A stretch of DNA of 64,000 bases from contig JANRJK010000036.1 in NCBI GenBank assembly GCA_033764015.1, positions 32,001 through 96,000 on the forward strand, given 5' to 3'. The position numbers and the translations under genes are program-made. The notes under the pieces were generated by a model. That model had not been told where the DNA came from and did not search any database. It was given only the letters and a program-made list of their open reading frames with translations. Source of the DNA: Candidatus Sumerlaeia bacterium. GTDB lineage: Bacteria; Sumerlaeota; Sumerlaeia; SLMS01; JANRJK01. Below, one piece after another: positions 1 to 9,316 of this stretch (positions are counted from its first letter, which is position 1; every line of letters starts with the position of its first letter).

Positions 1-2
1 TC

Positions 3-2330
3 ACGAAGCCGGGCTCCGCCCCGGGACTCTTCACCATCGAGCGCGTCGCCAACGCGCCCGAGGGCGGCATCGACATCCACGGGTACTTCACCGACCGCGT
101 CGCGCTGGACGGCAATGTGATCTACCGCCCGGACGTCGACGGGCTGGAATTCACGCTCCAGATCGAGAACGCCACGGAGGACATGGACCTCCGCCTCGGC
201 GCGTTCCTCGAGCTCACCGGCGAGGCGGACCCGCGCTGGCTGATCCCGGGCCTCTTCTACCGCGAGAACAAGCCCGCCGGCTGCCAGCTCGCATTCCCCG
301 CGTACCACGAGTTCACCCGCGAGCCCCGCCAGCTCGTCTCCAGCCACTGGTCCTTCCGCTCCGACCGCGCCGCGACACCCGCGGTGTTCTCCTGGACCTA
401 CGGCTGCTTCGCGTTCTTCTCGACCGCGGAGTCCTTCGGCGTGACCCCGGACCATCCCGAGGGCGCCGGCATGACGTCGCTTTACATGGCCCTCGAGGAC
501 GGCAACCCTCGGCTCGGGGGAGAATACCCCTACCGCGAGGCGCCCGCCAAGTTCTCCTTCTGCCACGACGACGGCATCGATCCGGAGGAGACCTTCCTGC
601 ACCTCCCGATGCGCACTCCGCTGCTCATCAACTTCGTCGTGGGCTTCGCCCCGCCGGACCTGCACGCCTACGACCGCGTACTGCGCGGCATCGCGAAGCG
701 CAACACGCGCTTCCACACGATCCGCGGCAAGGGCACGCCGGTCGACGCGGAGCGCTGCGCGCACATCGGCCTCTTCAAGTGGCACTACAACCCGCCCACG
801 CAGGCGATCTACGAATCCGCCGTGTTCGACCGCCACTTCGGCCAGAACGGGTCGCACTTCGAGCGGACGCACATGCACACCGGCGGCAAGTCCGGCGCCT
901 TCCCCGCCTATGTGCTCCTCTGGGGAGGGCGCGAGGCGCAGCACCAGCCCTCCATCGAGGCCGGCATCCGCGTCCTCGACAAGATCTCGAGCGAACTCTC
1001 CCCCGCCGGCACGGTGTTTCCGATGTGGACGGAGGAGTTCGGCTGGTCCTGCAGCTTCGGACCGGAGGAAGGCACCGCGCACTCGCGCACCGTGGCGGAG
1101 GCGGTCTTCTTCCTTACGCGCGCCGCGCGCCTCGAACTTAAGGCGGACCTCACGCGCGAGCAGTGGCTCGGCGCCATCGCATCCTCGGTGAACTACGCGA
1201 TGTCGGCGCAGCGGCAGGACGGCGCCTTCCCCTCCTACTTCGACCTGACGACGGGGCGCCCGACCAGCTACGAAGGCTTCGCCGGCGCGGCGTGGATCCC
1301 CGCCATCGCGGCGGCCTCCGCGATCCTGTACCGCCCACACTTCCGCGAAGTCCTCGTCGCCGCCGCCACCTACTACATGGACCTCATGCAGCAGGAGTTC
1401 CTCTGCGGCTCGGTCGAGGACCAGCCCCTCGTGCCCACCTGCGACGACGCGCACTGGGCGGTGATCGCCTTCCTCACGATGTACGAGTTCGACCGCGACC
1501 CGCGCTGGCTCGCGCTCGCCATCAAGGCGGCGGACTACGCGCTCACCTGGCGCTTCACCTACAACGTGTCGTTCCCCAAGGGAACGTTCCTCGGCAAGAT
1601 GGACTTCAAGACGCGCGGCGGCGACATCTTCTCCGTCGCCAGTCCGTACCTCTGCTGCAATGGGCTCGTTTCCTACCCCGAGTTCCTCAAGCTCTCCGCG
1701 CTCACCGGCGACAAGTACTACAAGGACCGCGCCGAGGACGCGCGCACGTTCGCCTCCCAGCTCGTCGCCACGGAGGAGGCGGACCTCAACGCGCGCATCG
1801 GCATGACCATGAGCCAAGTCTACCACACGGACTGGATCCAGCCCAAGGGACGGGTGCTCGCGACCTCGAGCGCGTACACCTGCGCGCTGATCCGCTACGC
1901 GGAACTGGTGAAGCGCAACCTTGAGATCCCCGCAGCGGTGTTCGAGGGCCAGGACCAGAGCGAGCTCGCGGTCGAGTTCGGCGCCACGCCGGTCCTGTAC
2001 AGCGAAGTGACGCTCACGCCGGACGCGGCGAAGAAGAAGGCCGCGGACGAGGAAGCCATCAAGCCGTCCTTCTCCTCCTTCTCGAAGTTCCTCTCCGAGG
2101 ACAAGCCGGCGCCGCGCCGCCCTACCTCGCGCGGCGGGGACTCGGCCAGCGACGCGACCCCGCTCGGCGTGCCCGGCATGGGCAACACCCCGCTGCCGTT
2201 GCAGACACCGGTCGGCTTCGGACGCGCGGCGAGTTCCGACGCGGTGCCGAAGCCCTTCGGCGGCCCACCCCGCGAGAACGCCTCGCAGGGCGAGGACAGC
2301 GAAGGCGAAATCAAGTACAAGATCTTCTGA
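3..2330 (+). CDS. Large hypothetical protein, probable (alpha/alpha)6-barrel / six-hairpin glycosidase-like fold; 5' end outside window
   Basis: Frame open from base 3, so it begins upstream of the window. Host-like codon usage. Helical-barrel-like motifs (AQRQDGAFP, YEFDRDPRWL..A...ADY, LSALTGDKYY). Low-complexity Pro/Ser C-terminal tail. Confidence 0.6.
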   Translation, partial: TKPGSAPGLFTIERVANAPEGGIDIHGYFTDRVALDGNVIYRPDVDGLEFTLQIENATEDMDLRLGAFLELTGEADPRWLIPGLFYRENKPAGCQLAFPAYHEFTREPRQLVSSHWSFRSDRAATPAVFSWTYGCFAFFSTAESFGVTPDHPEGAGMTSLYMALEDGNPRLGGEYPYREAPAKFSFCHDDGIDPEETFLHLPMRTPLLINFVVGFAPPDLHAYDRVLRGIAKRNTRFHTIRGKGTPVDAERCAHIGLFKWHYNPPTQAIYESAVFDRHFGQNGSHFERTHMHTGGKSGAFPAYVLLWGGREAQHQPSIEAGIRVLDKISSELSPAGTVFPMWTEEFGWSCSFGPEEGTAHSRTVAEAVFFLTRAARLELKADLTREQWLGAIASSVNYAMSAQRQDGAFPSYFDLTTGRPTSYEGFAGAAWIPAIAAASAILYRPHFREVLVAAATYYMDLMQQEFLCGSVEDQPLVPTCDDAHWAVIAFLTMYEFDRDPRWLALAIKAADYALTWRFTYNVSFPKGTFLGKMDFKTRGGDIFSVASPYLCCNGLVSYPEFLKLSALTGDKYYKDRAEDARTFASQLVATEEADLNARIGMTMSQVYHTDWIQPKGRVLATSSAYTCALIRYAELVKRNLEIPAAVFEGQDQSELAVEFGATPVLYSEVTLTPDAAKKKAADEEAIKPSFSSFSKFLSEDKPAPRRPTSRGGDSASDATPLGVPGMGNTPLPLQTPVGFGRAASSDAVPKPFGGPPRENASQGEDSEGEIKYKIF

Positions 2331-2373
2331 CAACGAGAGCGCGGCACGAAGCCGCGGAACCGAAAGGCATGGC

Positions 2374-2961
2374 ATGGCCCGCACGATCCTGAAGGACAAG
2401 ACCGCCCTCGTGGCGGGAGCCGACAATCCCGCCGGACGCGCCGCGGCGCTGCAGTTCGCGCGCGCCGGGATGCGCATCCTCCTCGTCGGGGACGACGAGC
2501 AGGCGGTGGTGAGGCTCGCCGACGCGATCATCAAGAAGGACGGCGAGGCCGCGGAGCTGCCGCTCGCGCGCAACGAGGCGGAACTCGCCGCGGAGCTGCG
2601 CGCCGCCCGCGACGCCATCGGCCACGTCCATGTGGCGGTGAACTGCTACGCGTTCTCAGCCGGCGAGGGCTCGCCCGAGTGGGCGCTCGCCTTCCAGCGC
2701 GTGCTCGAACCGCTGCTGGCGGAGCGTTCCTTCACCCGCCACCTCCTCGTGATGCCGCACGGCGCGGACGCGCCGGACACGCCGGAAGGCGTCTGGCGCT
2801 GCGTGGTGCAGCCCGGCGCCCCGGTCGCCGCGGAGGGCTCGGAAGGGCTCCGGGCCGGCGCCCTCGCCGACGCGCTGGTCTTCCTTGCCCAGATCCCCCC
2901 GTCCGCGCGCCCCACCCGGGTGCTCCTCGATCCATTCCATGGCGGGGACCATGGCGACTGA
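2374..2961 (+). CDS. Short SDR-like Rossmann-fold protein lacking the catalytic YxxxK segment
   Basis: N-terminus LKDKTALVAGADNPAGRAAALQFARAG and C-terminus VQPG...LADALVFLAQIP match SDR ends. Only 195 aa, with no YxxxK. Confidence 0.65.
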   Translation: MARTILKDKTALVAGADNPAGRAAALQFARAGMRILLVGDDEQAVVRLADAIIKKDGEAAELPLARNEAELAAELRAARDAIGHVHVAVNCYAFSAGEGSPEWALAFQRVLEPLLAERSFTRHLLVMPHGADAPDTPEGVWRCVVQPGAPVAAEGSEGLRAGALADALVFLAQIPPSARPTRVLLDPFHGGDHGD

Positions 2962-4084
2962 GTCGGGCGCGCGCGAACGCAACTTCCTCCGCGGCATCCC
3001 GGTCACCGTGGCCGCGGAGGGAATCGAGCGCGAACTCTCCGCCATGTGGAAGGCCGCGGACACCTCGGAAGGCGCCGAGGGCGCGGCCGTCACGCGCGTC
3101 TGCCTGTCGAACCTCGTCTGGTTCGGACCCGCCGTCGCCGCGGAGCGCGCGCGCCGGATCCTCTTCGCCGTCGCCCAGCGCCAGCCCAGCCGCATCGTCC
3201 TCGTCGAAGTGGACGGCGAGGACCCGGCGGACGAGCTCGTCGAAGCCTTCGTCAACGCGCACTGCTTCGTCTCCGGCGCGGACCGCCACCAGGTGTGCTC
3301 GGAACTGATCCACCTGCGCGTCGGCGCGGCGACCGTCAAGCACCTCTCCGGCCTCGTCGCCCCGCTGCTGCTGCCGGACCTGATGACGCTGCTCTGGACG
3401 CATCCGGCGGTGGCGTACTACCGCCGGGGGCTCGAGCAATTGCTGCCGCTGGTGGACCGGTTCGTGACGGAGGCGTCGAAGGCGCCGGACCCGGCGGAGA
3501 CTCTGGCGGAGGTGCTCGCGATGCAGCGCAACGCGGCGACGCTCGCATGGTTCCGCATGGGGTTCGTCCGCGAGCAGATCGCCGCGCTCTTCGACGACGC
3601 GGAGCTCGCCGCCCAGCTCCCGCGCATCGAGTCGCTCACCGTGCAGCACCGCGGCATGAAGGGGAACCCGGAGGCGGCGCTCCGCTGCTCGCTTCTCGCG
3701 GGCTGGATCGCGTCGCGGCTGGGCTGGACGCCGGAGCGCGATCTCGGCGACGGGGGCTACTTGTACCGGGCCGGCGGGCGCGGGATCGAGGCCCGGATCG
3801 TCGCGGCGGGGCACTCGCGCGACGCCGCGTTGGAGTCGGTCGAGTTCCGCTGCGGCGGCGGCGTGCGGTTCTCGGTCGAGCTGCCCTCCTCGTCGAAGCG
3901 CATCGAGCGGCACATCAGCGGCCTCGCGCATGCGATGTCGCCCAGCGTGGTTGCGCTCAGCGAATTCGCGGAGGCGGACGCGCTCGAGGCGGCGATGGCG
4001 GCGCGCTTCGGGCGACGGCTCTTCGAAGAGGCGGCGCGGGCGGCGCTGCCGTGGTTCCGGAGCATGGTCCGCCCCGGCCCCTGA
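2951..4084 (+). CDS. opcA: Glucose-6-phosphate dehydrogenase assembly protein OpcA
   Basis: IERELSAMW, RVCLSNLV, QPSRIVLV, VCSELIHL, LVAPLLLPDL..LLW, LAWFR...REQIAALFD and LLAGWIASRLGW are typical OpcA motifs. ATG at 2951 overlaps the upstream gene end. Confidence 0.85.
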   Translation: MATESGARERNFLRGIPVTVAAEGIERELSAMWKAADTSEGAEGAAVTRVCLSNLVWFGPAVAAERARRILFAVAQRQPSRIVLVEVDGEDPADELVEAFVNAHCFVSGADRHQVCSELIHLRVGAATVKHLSGLVAPLLLPDLMTLLWTHPAVAYYRRGLEQLLPLVDRFVTEASKAPDPAETLAEVLAMQRNAATLAWFRMGFVREQIAALFDDAELAAQLPRIESLTVQHRGMKGNPEAALRCSLLAGWIASRLGWTPERDLGDGGYLYRAGGRGIEARIVAAGHSRDAALESVEFRCGGGVRFSVELPSSSKRIERHISGLAHAMSPSVVALSEFAEADALEAAMAARFGRRLFEEAARAALPWFRSMVRPGP

Positions 4085-4087
4085 GCC

Positions 4088-4972
4088 ATGCTCGCCGAGC
4101 GCGCGGGGCGCCTGCTGCTGCGGTTCCTGCTGGGCTTCGGCCCGCTGAGCCCGGAGTGGGAGGACTCGGTGCTGATCGCGCTGCGCCGGCGGCTGCGGTC
4201 GCGGGGGACTCGGTGGCAGATCGCGGCGCTGCTGCTCGCGGGCGTGGCGGTGCAGTGGTTCTTCGTCGCGAGGGAGCTGCCCCATCTCTCGGGCGCGAGC
4301 GCTGCGGAGGCGCTTGCCGCGGTTTGGCCGGACTTGTTCGGCGCCGCAATCGTGTGCTGCGCGGCCGCTTGGGCTTGGGCGTGCTGGTATGGCGAGCGCC
4401 AGGTCGAATTGGACGCGGCGCTACTCGCGGAAGTGCGCCGCACTCTGATCCATCCTTACCACTACTTCACACTGCTGGCGGGTCCGCCGGTGCTGATCGC
4501 GCAGGGTGTGTGGGCGGCGCTGACGCTTGGGATCGCGGCGTTTGCCGGGGTTGCGGCGGTGTCTTCCAGCCTCGAAGGCCCATCCGGGTGGCGAGAAGCG
4601 GCCTCTCTGCTGGCCGCGTGGCTGGCATTCGCGTTCGCTTTGGTGGCCTGCGGCGTGGCGGGACCTCGCGGGTGGACCTTCACCTATGCGCACGAGAGGT
4701 TTCGCCCGGATCTGCGTGCGATGCGGCGCATTCCCAAGCTGCCGCTGTTCCAGGTTGGCTATCTTGCATTCCTCTCCTTTTGGATGATGCCGGGCGCTAT
4801 GGTGAAGCTCATAAACCTCACGGGGGGACTCGATTCATCGGTTGCAACCGGCCTTTGGTTGTGGACCGCCCTCATGCTGATTGGGGCGCTAACCTCGCGG
4901 CTCGGCACCTACGGCGACAAAATCCGGGAAAGCTACCGCATCGGACTGATGTGGGCCGACGACCGCGAGTGA
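4088..4972 (+). CDS. Hypothetical polytopic membrane protein
   Basis: 294-aa ORF immediately after opcA with several hydrophobic segments. Confidence 0.6.
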   Translation: MLAERAGRLLLRFLLGFGPLSPEWEDSVLIALRRRLRSRGTRWQIAALLLAGVAVQWFFVARELPHLSGASAAEALAAVWPDLFGAAIVCCAAAWAWACWYGERQVELDAALLAEVRRTLIHPYHYFTLLAGPPVLIAQGVWAALTLGIAAFAGVAAVSSSLEGPSGWREAASLLAAWLAFAFALVACGVAGPRGWTFTYAHERFRPDLRAMRRIPKLPLFQVGYLAFLSFWMMPGAMVKLINLTGGLDSSVATGLWLWTALMLIGALTSRLGTYGDKIRESYRIGLMWADDRE

Positions 4973-4973
4973 C

Positions 4974-5498
4974 TCAGCGCACCTCGCGCAGCGCCGCCGC
5001 CAGGTGCGACAGCTCGGGGGCGATCAGCTTGCCCATCGCGAGGCGCACGCCGGCGTTCGTGCCCGGCATGGAGAAGATGGCCGTGCGCCCGCGGATGCCG
5101 GCGACCGCGCACGAGAGCGTCGCCGCCGCGCCGATGTCGTGCCACGCCAGCAGGCGGAAGATCTCCCCGTAGCCCGGCAGCGGGCGCACGATCACCGCGC
5201 AGAGCGCCTCGTAAACGCCGTTGTACGCGGTCACCTCGTCGCCGCCGTTCACCAGCACCGCGCCGAACGCGCCGCTGTCGCAGAGGTCCGCCACGCGCCG
5301 CGCCAGCGAATCGGGATCGTCCGGCACGATCTGCTGCGAGCCGATGGTGGCGCCGAGCTTCGCGCAGTAGTCGCGCAGCAGCGCGCCGGGGCGGTCCGAG
5401 GCCTCGTCCAGCGAGTTGCTCACGGTGAGGATGGCGACCACAGGCGGATCGACGTGGGCGCGCTCCTCGCGGATCGCGTCGGGGTGGTAGATCGACAT
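4974..5498 (-). CDS. MoaB/Mog-family molybdenum cofactor biosynthesis-like protein (degenerate motifs)
   Basis: VAILTVS, IVPDD, LPGYGEIFR, AVAG...IFSMPG match MoaB/Mog. GGGAG SD upstream. Confidence 0.8.
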   Translation of the reverse strand: MSIYHPDAIREERAHVDPPVVAILTVSNSLDEASDRPGALLRDYCAKLGATIGSQQIVPDDPDSLARRVADLCDSGAFGAVLVNGGDEVTAYNGVYEALCAVIVRPLPGYGEIFRLLAWHDIGAAATLSCAVAGIRGRTAIFSMPGTNAGVRLAMGKLIAPELSHLAAALREVR

Positions 5499-5651
5499 GG
5501 TGGCTCCCTCCTAGGTGCCTCGCTGCCGCTCGGTTGGATGACCGGTAGCATGGGGCGCGGCCGCGACGGTGCCAACGGGGAAGGCGGTTCCCGTTGCGGA
5601 GCGCGACGCCGCGGTGCATGAGGAGGCCAAGTCCACCCGGGGAGCGCGCAC

Positions 5652-6932
5652 ATGGAACGGGAGCGGTTGTTGGAGGTGGTACTGGGGGCAGTGGCGAAGA
5701 GCACGGGCTTGCCGCGAACCAAAGTGAAGCCCGAATCACGCTTTCTCGAAGATCTCGATTTGGACAGCTTGGCGGTCTTGGAAGTGGTGATGGCCATCGA
5801 GGAAGCTCTCGGCATCTCGATCCCCGACGGCGTGGTCGCGGAGCTGTTCACGCACACTCGGACCGTGGGAGAATTCGCGGAGGCGCTCGCCGGGATACGC
5901 CCAGGGCTCCGGCGCCATTCGCCGATGCCTACGCAGAGGCCGCCAAGCCCTCCGAGCCTCGCCCCGTTTTCGCAGCTCTGCGGCAGGCTGGATGGCCCGC
6001 TCCCCCGGCCGGGCTCAATCTACGAGGAATGGCCGGGGGATGGCTCGGGCCATCGCCGTTTGCGCCGCAAGACGGATGGAATGGTCTGCATCGAAGTGCC
6101 GTCCGCCCTCGTCGAGCTGGGGTCGCCGGATCCTGATTCGCCTCCGGACCAACGCCCCCTCCATGCGGAGATGGTTCCGGGATTCCTGATCGACATCGAG
6201 CCCGTCTCCACCACCGCCTTCGCCCGCTTCCTGAACTCCTGCGGGATCGAGCCTGGGCGCCTTGCGTTTGATCTGTTCGGCACCCGCGAAGACGACCGGC
6301 GCCGCGTCGACACGCAGCTCGCATGGCGCGGCGGCACGTGGGAGCCGGTCGCTGACTCCGCGCGCCTGCCGATGATCCTCGTCTCCTGGCACGGGGCGAA
6401 CGCCTACTCGCTTTGGGCGCACGGCTACGATTGGCGGCGTTACACCGGCGATGGCGCGGTCGCACCGTACGCGGACGGGTGCGCATGCGATGCTCCCCAG
6501 GCCCCGCCGCCCCACGGCTTCCTCCCGAGCGAAGCCGAGTGGGAGTACGCCGCCCGGGGGACGGTGCACAGACATTACCCGTGGGGGGATGGTGGCTTGC
6601 CCGAGGCCCTGAGCGTTGTAGGTCTCGCAGAAGCGGTGCGGACGGGATCGATCTCTGGGCTGCCGCTATCGCCTGTGAACGCGGAACTCGCCGTCTCGCC
6701 CTGCGGAGCGCGCCACATGGCGGGAAACGTGTGGAACTGGTGCCGCGACTGGTACTCGCCCACGCGGCACACCGAGGGGAAGCCACCGCTGCGGGGCGAC
6801 CACCGCGCGGAACGCGGCGGGAGCTGGGTGGGACCCGCCCGACTCGCCCAGAGCAGCTACCGCCGCGCGCGGAAACCGCATCTCCGGGGCCGTTGCCTGG
6901 GCTTCCGCTGCGCCGCGCCGCCTAGCGCTTGA
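5652..6932 (+). CDS. Acyl carrier protein domain fused to FGE/sulfatase-modifying-factor (SUMF1/EgtB/PvdO-like) domain
   Basis: N-terminal EDLDLDSLAVLEVVMAIEEALGI (DSL phosphopantetheine site). C-terminal LPSEAEWEYAARG, MAGNVWNWCRDWY, RGGSW, LGFRC. Confidence 0.85.
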   Translation: MERERLLEVVLGAVAKSTGLPRTKVKPESRFLEDLDLDSLAVLEVVMAIEEALGISIPDGVVAELFTHTRTVGEFAEALAGIRPGLRRHSPMPTQRPPSPPSLAPFSQLCGRLDGPLPRPGSIYEEWPGDGSGHRRLRRKTDGMVCIEVPSALVELGSPDPDSPPDQRPLHAEMVPGFLIDIEPVSTTAFARFLNSCGIEPGRLAFDLFGTREDDRRRVDTQLAWRGGTWEPVADSARLPMILVSWHGANAYSLWAHGYDWRRYTGDGAVAPYADGCACDAPQAPPPHGFLPSEAEWEYAARGTVHRHYPWGDGGLPEALSVVGLAEAVRTGSISGLPLSPVNAELAVSPCGARHMAGNVWNWCRDWYSPTRHTEGKPPLRGDHRAERGGSWVGPARLAQSSYRRARKPHLRGRCLGFRCAAPPSA

Positions 6933-6984
6933 CCACGCGCGCCGCCGCGCCAGCATAGCGGCGCCAACGCCTCCGGAGCCCTTC

Positions 6985-7314
6985 ATGCGCGCACCCGCCT
7001 TCGTCCCCGACTTCTACCCCGAACCCATCATCGGATCCTTCGTCTTCTACCTCTGCGGCATCGCGCTCTTCATCGCCTACTTCCAGGTGGTCATGGACGT
7101 CTGGGAGCAGTCCGGCAACAAGCCCACGCTGAAGGCGGTGTTCTTCACCGCCGCCTTCTGGACGGTGGTCGGCGCGCTCACGCTGCCGCTCTACGCGCTC
7201 ACGCAGTACAAGCCGGAGCACCGCCGCATGACGCTCTTCGCCACGTCCGTCCTCGGCGTGGTCGGCACCGCCGCCGGCTTCTACCTGTGCTTCCTCACCG
7301 GCTACATGGTCTGA
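6985..7314 (+). CDS. Small membrane protein (about 3 TM)
   Basis: 109 aa, three hydrophobic stretches, strong GC3 codon bias, GGAG upstream. Confidence 0.7.
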   Translation: MRAPAFVPDFYPEPIIGSFVFYLCGIALFIAYFQVVMDVWEQSGNKPTLKAVFFTAAFWTVVGALTLPLYALTQYKPEHRRMTLFATSVLGVVGTAAGFYLCFLTGYMV

Positions 7315-7408
7315 CGCCCGACGCGGCTTGACCGAGGGCGGCGCGCCGCGCTTCCTTCCATCGCAACGGACCGACACGCTTCCCCACGCACCGCCGAGGC
7401 CTCCCGAC

Positions 7409-7633
7409 ATGAACGCCGCCGACAGCTCCGCAGTCCTCAACCTGATCCAGAAGAAGATGGCCGAGAAGGACGAGATCATCCGGGAGCAGATGGAGCAGAT
7501 CGTGCAGCTCGAAGACGAGCTCGGGAAGGCCCGGACGAAGGCCGAAGGGCTCGAGCACGAGCTCGCGAAGCTGCAGGAGATGAAGAACGACTACCTGCAG
7601 CTCAAGTCGCAGCTCCAGCAGCTCCTCGGATGA
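7409..7633 (+). CDS. Small coiled-coil protein
   Basis: 74 aa with heptad-like E/K/Q/L pattern. Stop overlaps the next start (ATGA). Confidence 0.7.
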   Translation: MNAADSSAVLNLIQKKMAEKDEIIREQMEQIVQLEDELGKARTKAEGLEHELAKLQEMKNDYLQLKSQLQQLLG

Positions 7634-8214
7634 GCATGCCGCGGGCGCTGTTGCTGATCCTGCTCGCGGCCGCGATGGCTTTGGGCTGCGGCAAGGACGA
7701 GCCGAAGCTCGCCCCCGACCCGGAATTCTCGATCAACGTGCTCGAAACCCCCTCCTGGTGGCCGCGCGAGGAGAAGGACTGGCCCGGCAACCCCATCGAG
7801 GCGCGGCTCATGGAGGACACGCTCGCCGAGCGCGGACGCCCGGACTTCCTGCGCGTCGTCTGGACGCGCGACCGCCGCATCGTCCGCCAGAGCGACATGA
7901 TCTCCGCCCTCTCCGCCGATGGCCGCGGCCTCAAGGACGCCACCGAGTTCGAATGGGTCTACCTCGACGACGAGGAGGTGGTCCGCTTCAAGGCCGCCGA
8001 GACGGAGGTCCGCCCGCTCGACGGACGCCTCCGCGCGGTGTGCCTCTACGGCGACCCGCAAGCCTTCAAGAGCGGCAAGGACCCCCTCGGGCGCGAACGC
8101 GAGACGTACTTCTACTACGACCGCGGCAAGATCTTCTACTTCCTGGCCGACGACGGAACGCAAGTCGGCGAGGACACGATCCCCGTCACGCCCTACTATC
8201 CCCGCCGCGAGTGA
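7630..8214 (+). CDS. Putative lipoprotein
   Basis: Signal peptide with lipobox ALGC; host codon usage. Confidence 0.7.
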   Translation: MSMPRALLLILLAAAMALGCGKDEPKLAPDPEFSINVLETPSWWPREEKDWPGNPIEARLMEDTLAERGRPDFLRVVWTRDRRIVRQSDMISALSADGRGLKDATEFEWVYLDDEEVVRFKAAETEVRPLDGRLRAVCLYGDPQAFKSGKDPLGRERETYFYYDRGKIFYFLADDGTQVGEDTIPVTPYYPRRE

Positions 8215-8225
8215 GGCACACAACG

Positions 8226-8783
8226 ATGGCGCACGACCTGATGGACGACCTCGAAGAGGTCCTGCTGGACGAGCGCGCCATCGCGACCCGCGTGGCCGAG
8301 ATGGGCGCGCAGATCAGCGCCGACTACTACGACAAGGACCTGGTCCTCATCGGCATCCTGCGCGGCGCCGTGGTGTTCCTCAGCGACCTCACCCGCGCCA
8401 TCCCGATTCCCCACTCCCTCGACATGATGGGCGCGTCGTCCTACGGCAAGTCCACCGTCTCGCAGGGCTTCGTCCGCATCACGAACGACGTCAGCATGGA
8501 CCTCGAGAACAAGGATGTGCTTGTGATCGAGGACATCTACGACTCGGGGCGCACCCTCGCGGTGGTTCGCGACATGGTTCAGGCGCACAAGCCGCGCAGC
8601 ATCGAGCTATGCGCGTTCCTCTGGAAGGAAGTGGGCAACCGCGCGGCGAACCTCGACGTGAAGTACCACGGCTTCCGCATCCCCGACAAGTTCGTCGTGG
8701 GCTACGGGCTCGACTACTCGGAGCACTACCGGAACCTCCCCGTGGTCGGCGTGTTGAAGCCCGAAGTGTACATGAATCGGTAG
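8226..8783 (+). CDS. hpt: Hypoxanthine phosphoribosyltransferase
   Basis: LIGILRGA, SSYG, VLVIEDIYDSGRTL (PRPP-binding), FVVGYGLDYSEHYRNLP. Confidence 0.95.
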   Translation: MAHDLMDDLEEVLLDERAIATRVAEMGAQISADYYDKDLVLIGILRGAVVFLSDLTRAIPIPHSLDMMGASSYGKSTVSQGFVRITNDVSMDLENKDVLVIEDIYDSGRTLAVVRDMVQAHKPRSIELCAFLWKEVGNRAANLDVKYHGFRIPDKFVVGYGLDYSEHYRNLPVVGVLKPEVYMNR

Positions 8784-8926
8784 TTCCCCGCGGCATCCCC
8801 GGGATGAATCCGGAGACCAACGCTCCCAACGCCTGATTTTTCGCAAGACCCCAGATCGGGTTTGAATTCCTGCGCGCACGACCGCTCTGCTGCACCCGAG
8901 ACCGGGCTTTCGAGGAGCCGCAACCC

Positions 8927-9316
8927 TTGGCCAGCAAGAGCGTCCTGCACCGCGAAGACTCCGCCCAGCACGCCATCGTGCGCCTGCGTCCCGGCGCCGA
9001 GGCGGACCACTGCAACTGCTTCTGCCGCGTGACGCTCATCACGCCCGAGACGATCCGCCTCGAGACCTCGGCGCTTTCGCCGGAGGACGGCGGCGCCGTC
9101 TTCAACCACAACGAGATCGTCGAGGTCTACCTGCCGCTGCCCGACCCGTGCCCCGCGGTTCAGACGCGCGCGCGCGTGCTCGGCGTGCTCGTGAACTACG
9201 AGCGCGGCCTTCCACCGGTCACTCTCGATCTGGGTTTCGTGCAGCTCACGCCGCAGGAGGAGGAGCGCCTGCGCGATTCGAACCCGGGGCTCTTCCGGCT
9301 GCCGCTCGTCGGTTAG
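8927..9316 (+). CDS. Hypothetical protein, possibly PilZ-like beta-barrel
   Basis: TTG start after GAGGAG. C-terminal ARVLGV...LGFVQLTPQEEERL resembles PilZ C-termini. No clear RxxxR motif. Confidence 0.55.
   Translation: MASKSVLHREDSAQHAIVRLRPGAEADHCNCFCRVTLITPETIRLETSALSPEDGGAVFNHNEIVEVYLPLPDPCPAVQTRARVLGVLVNYERGLPPVTLDLGFVQLTPQEEERLRDSNPGLFRLPLVG

Noticed and set aside
6800..6932. FGE-fold C-terminus as a diversity-generating retroelement target
   Set aside because: No template repeat or reverse transcriptase seen in the window.
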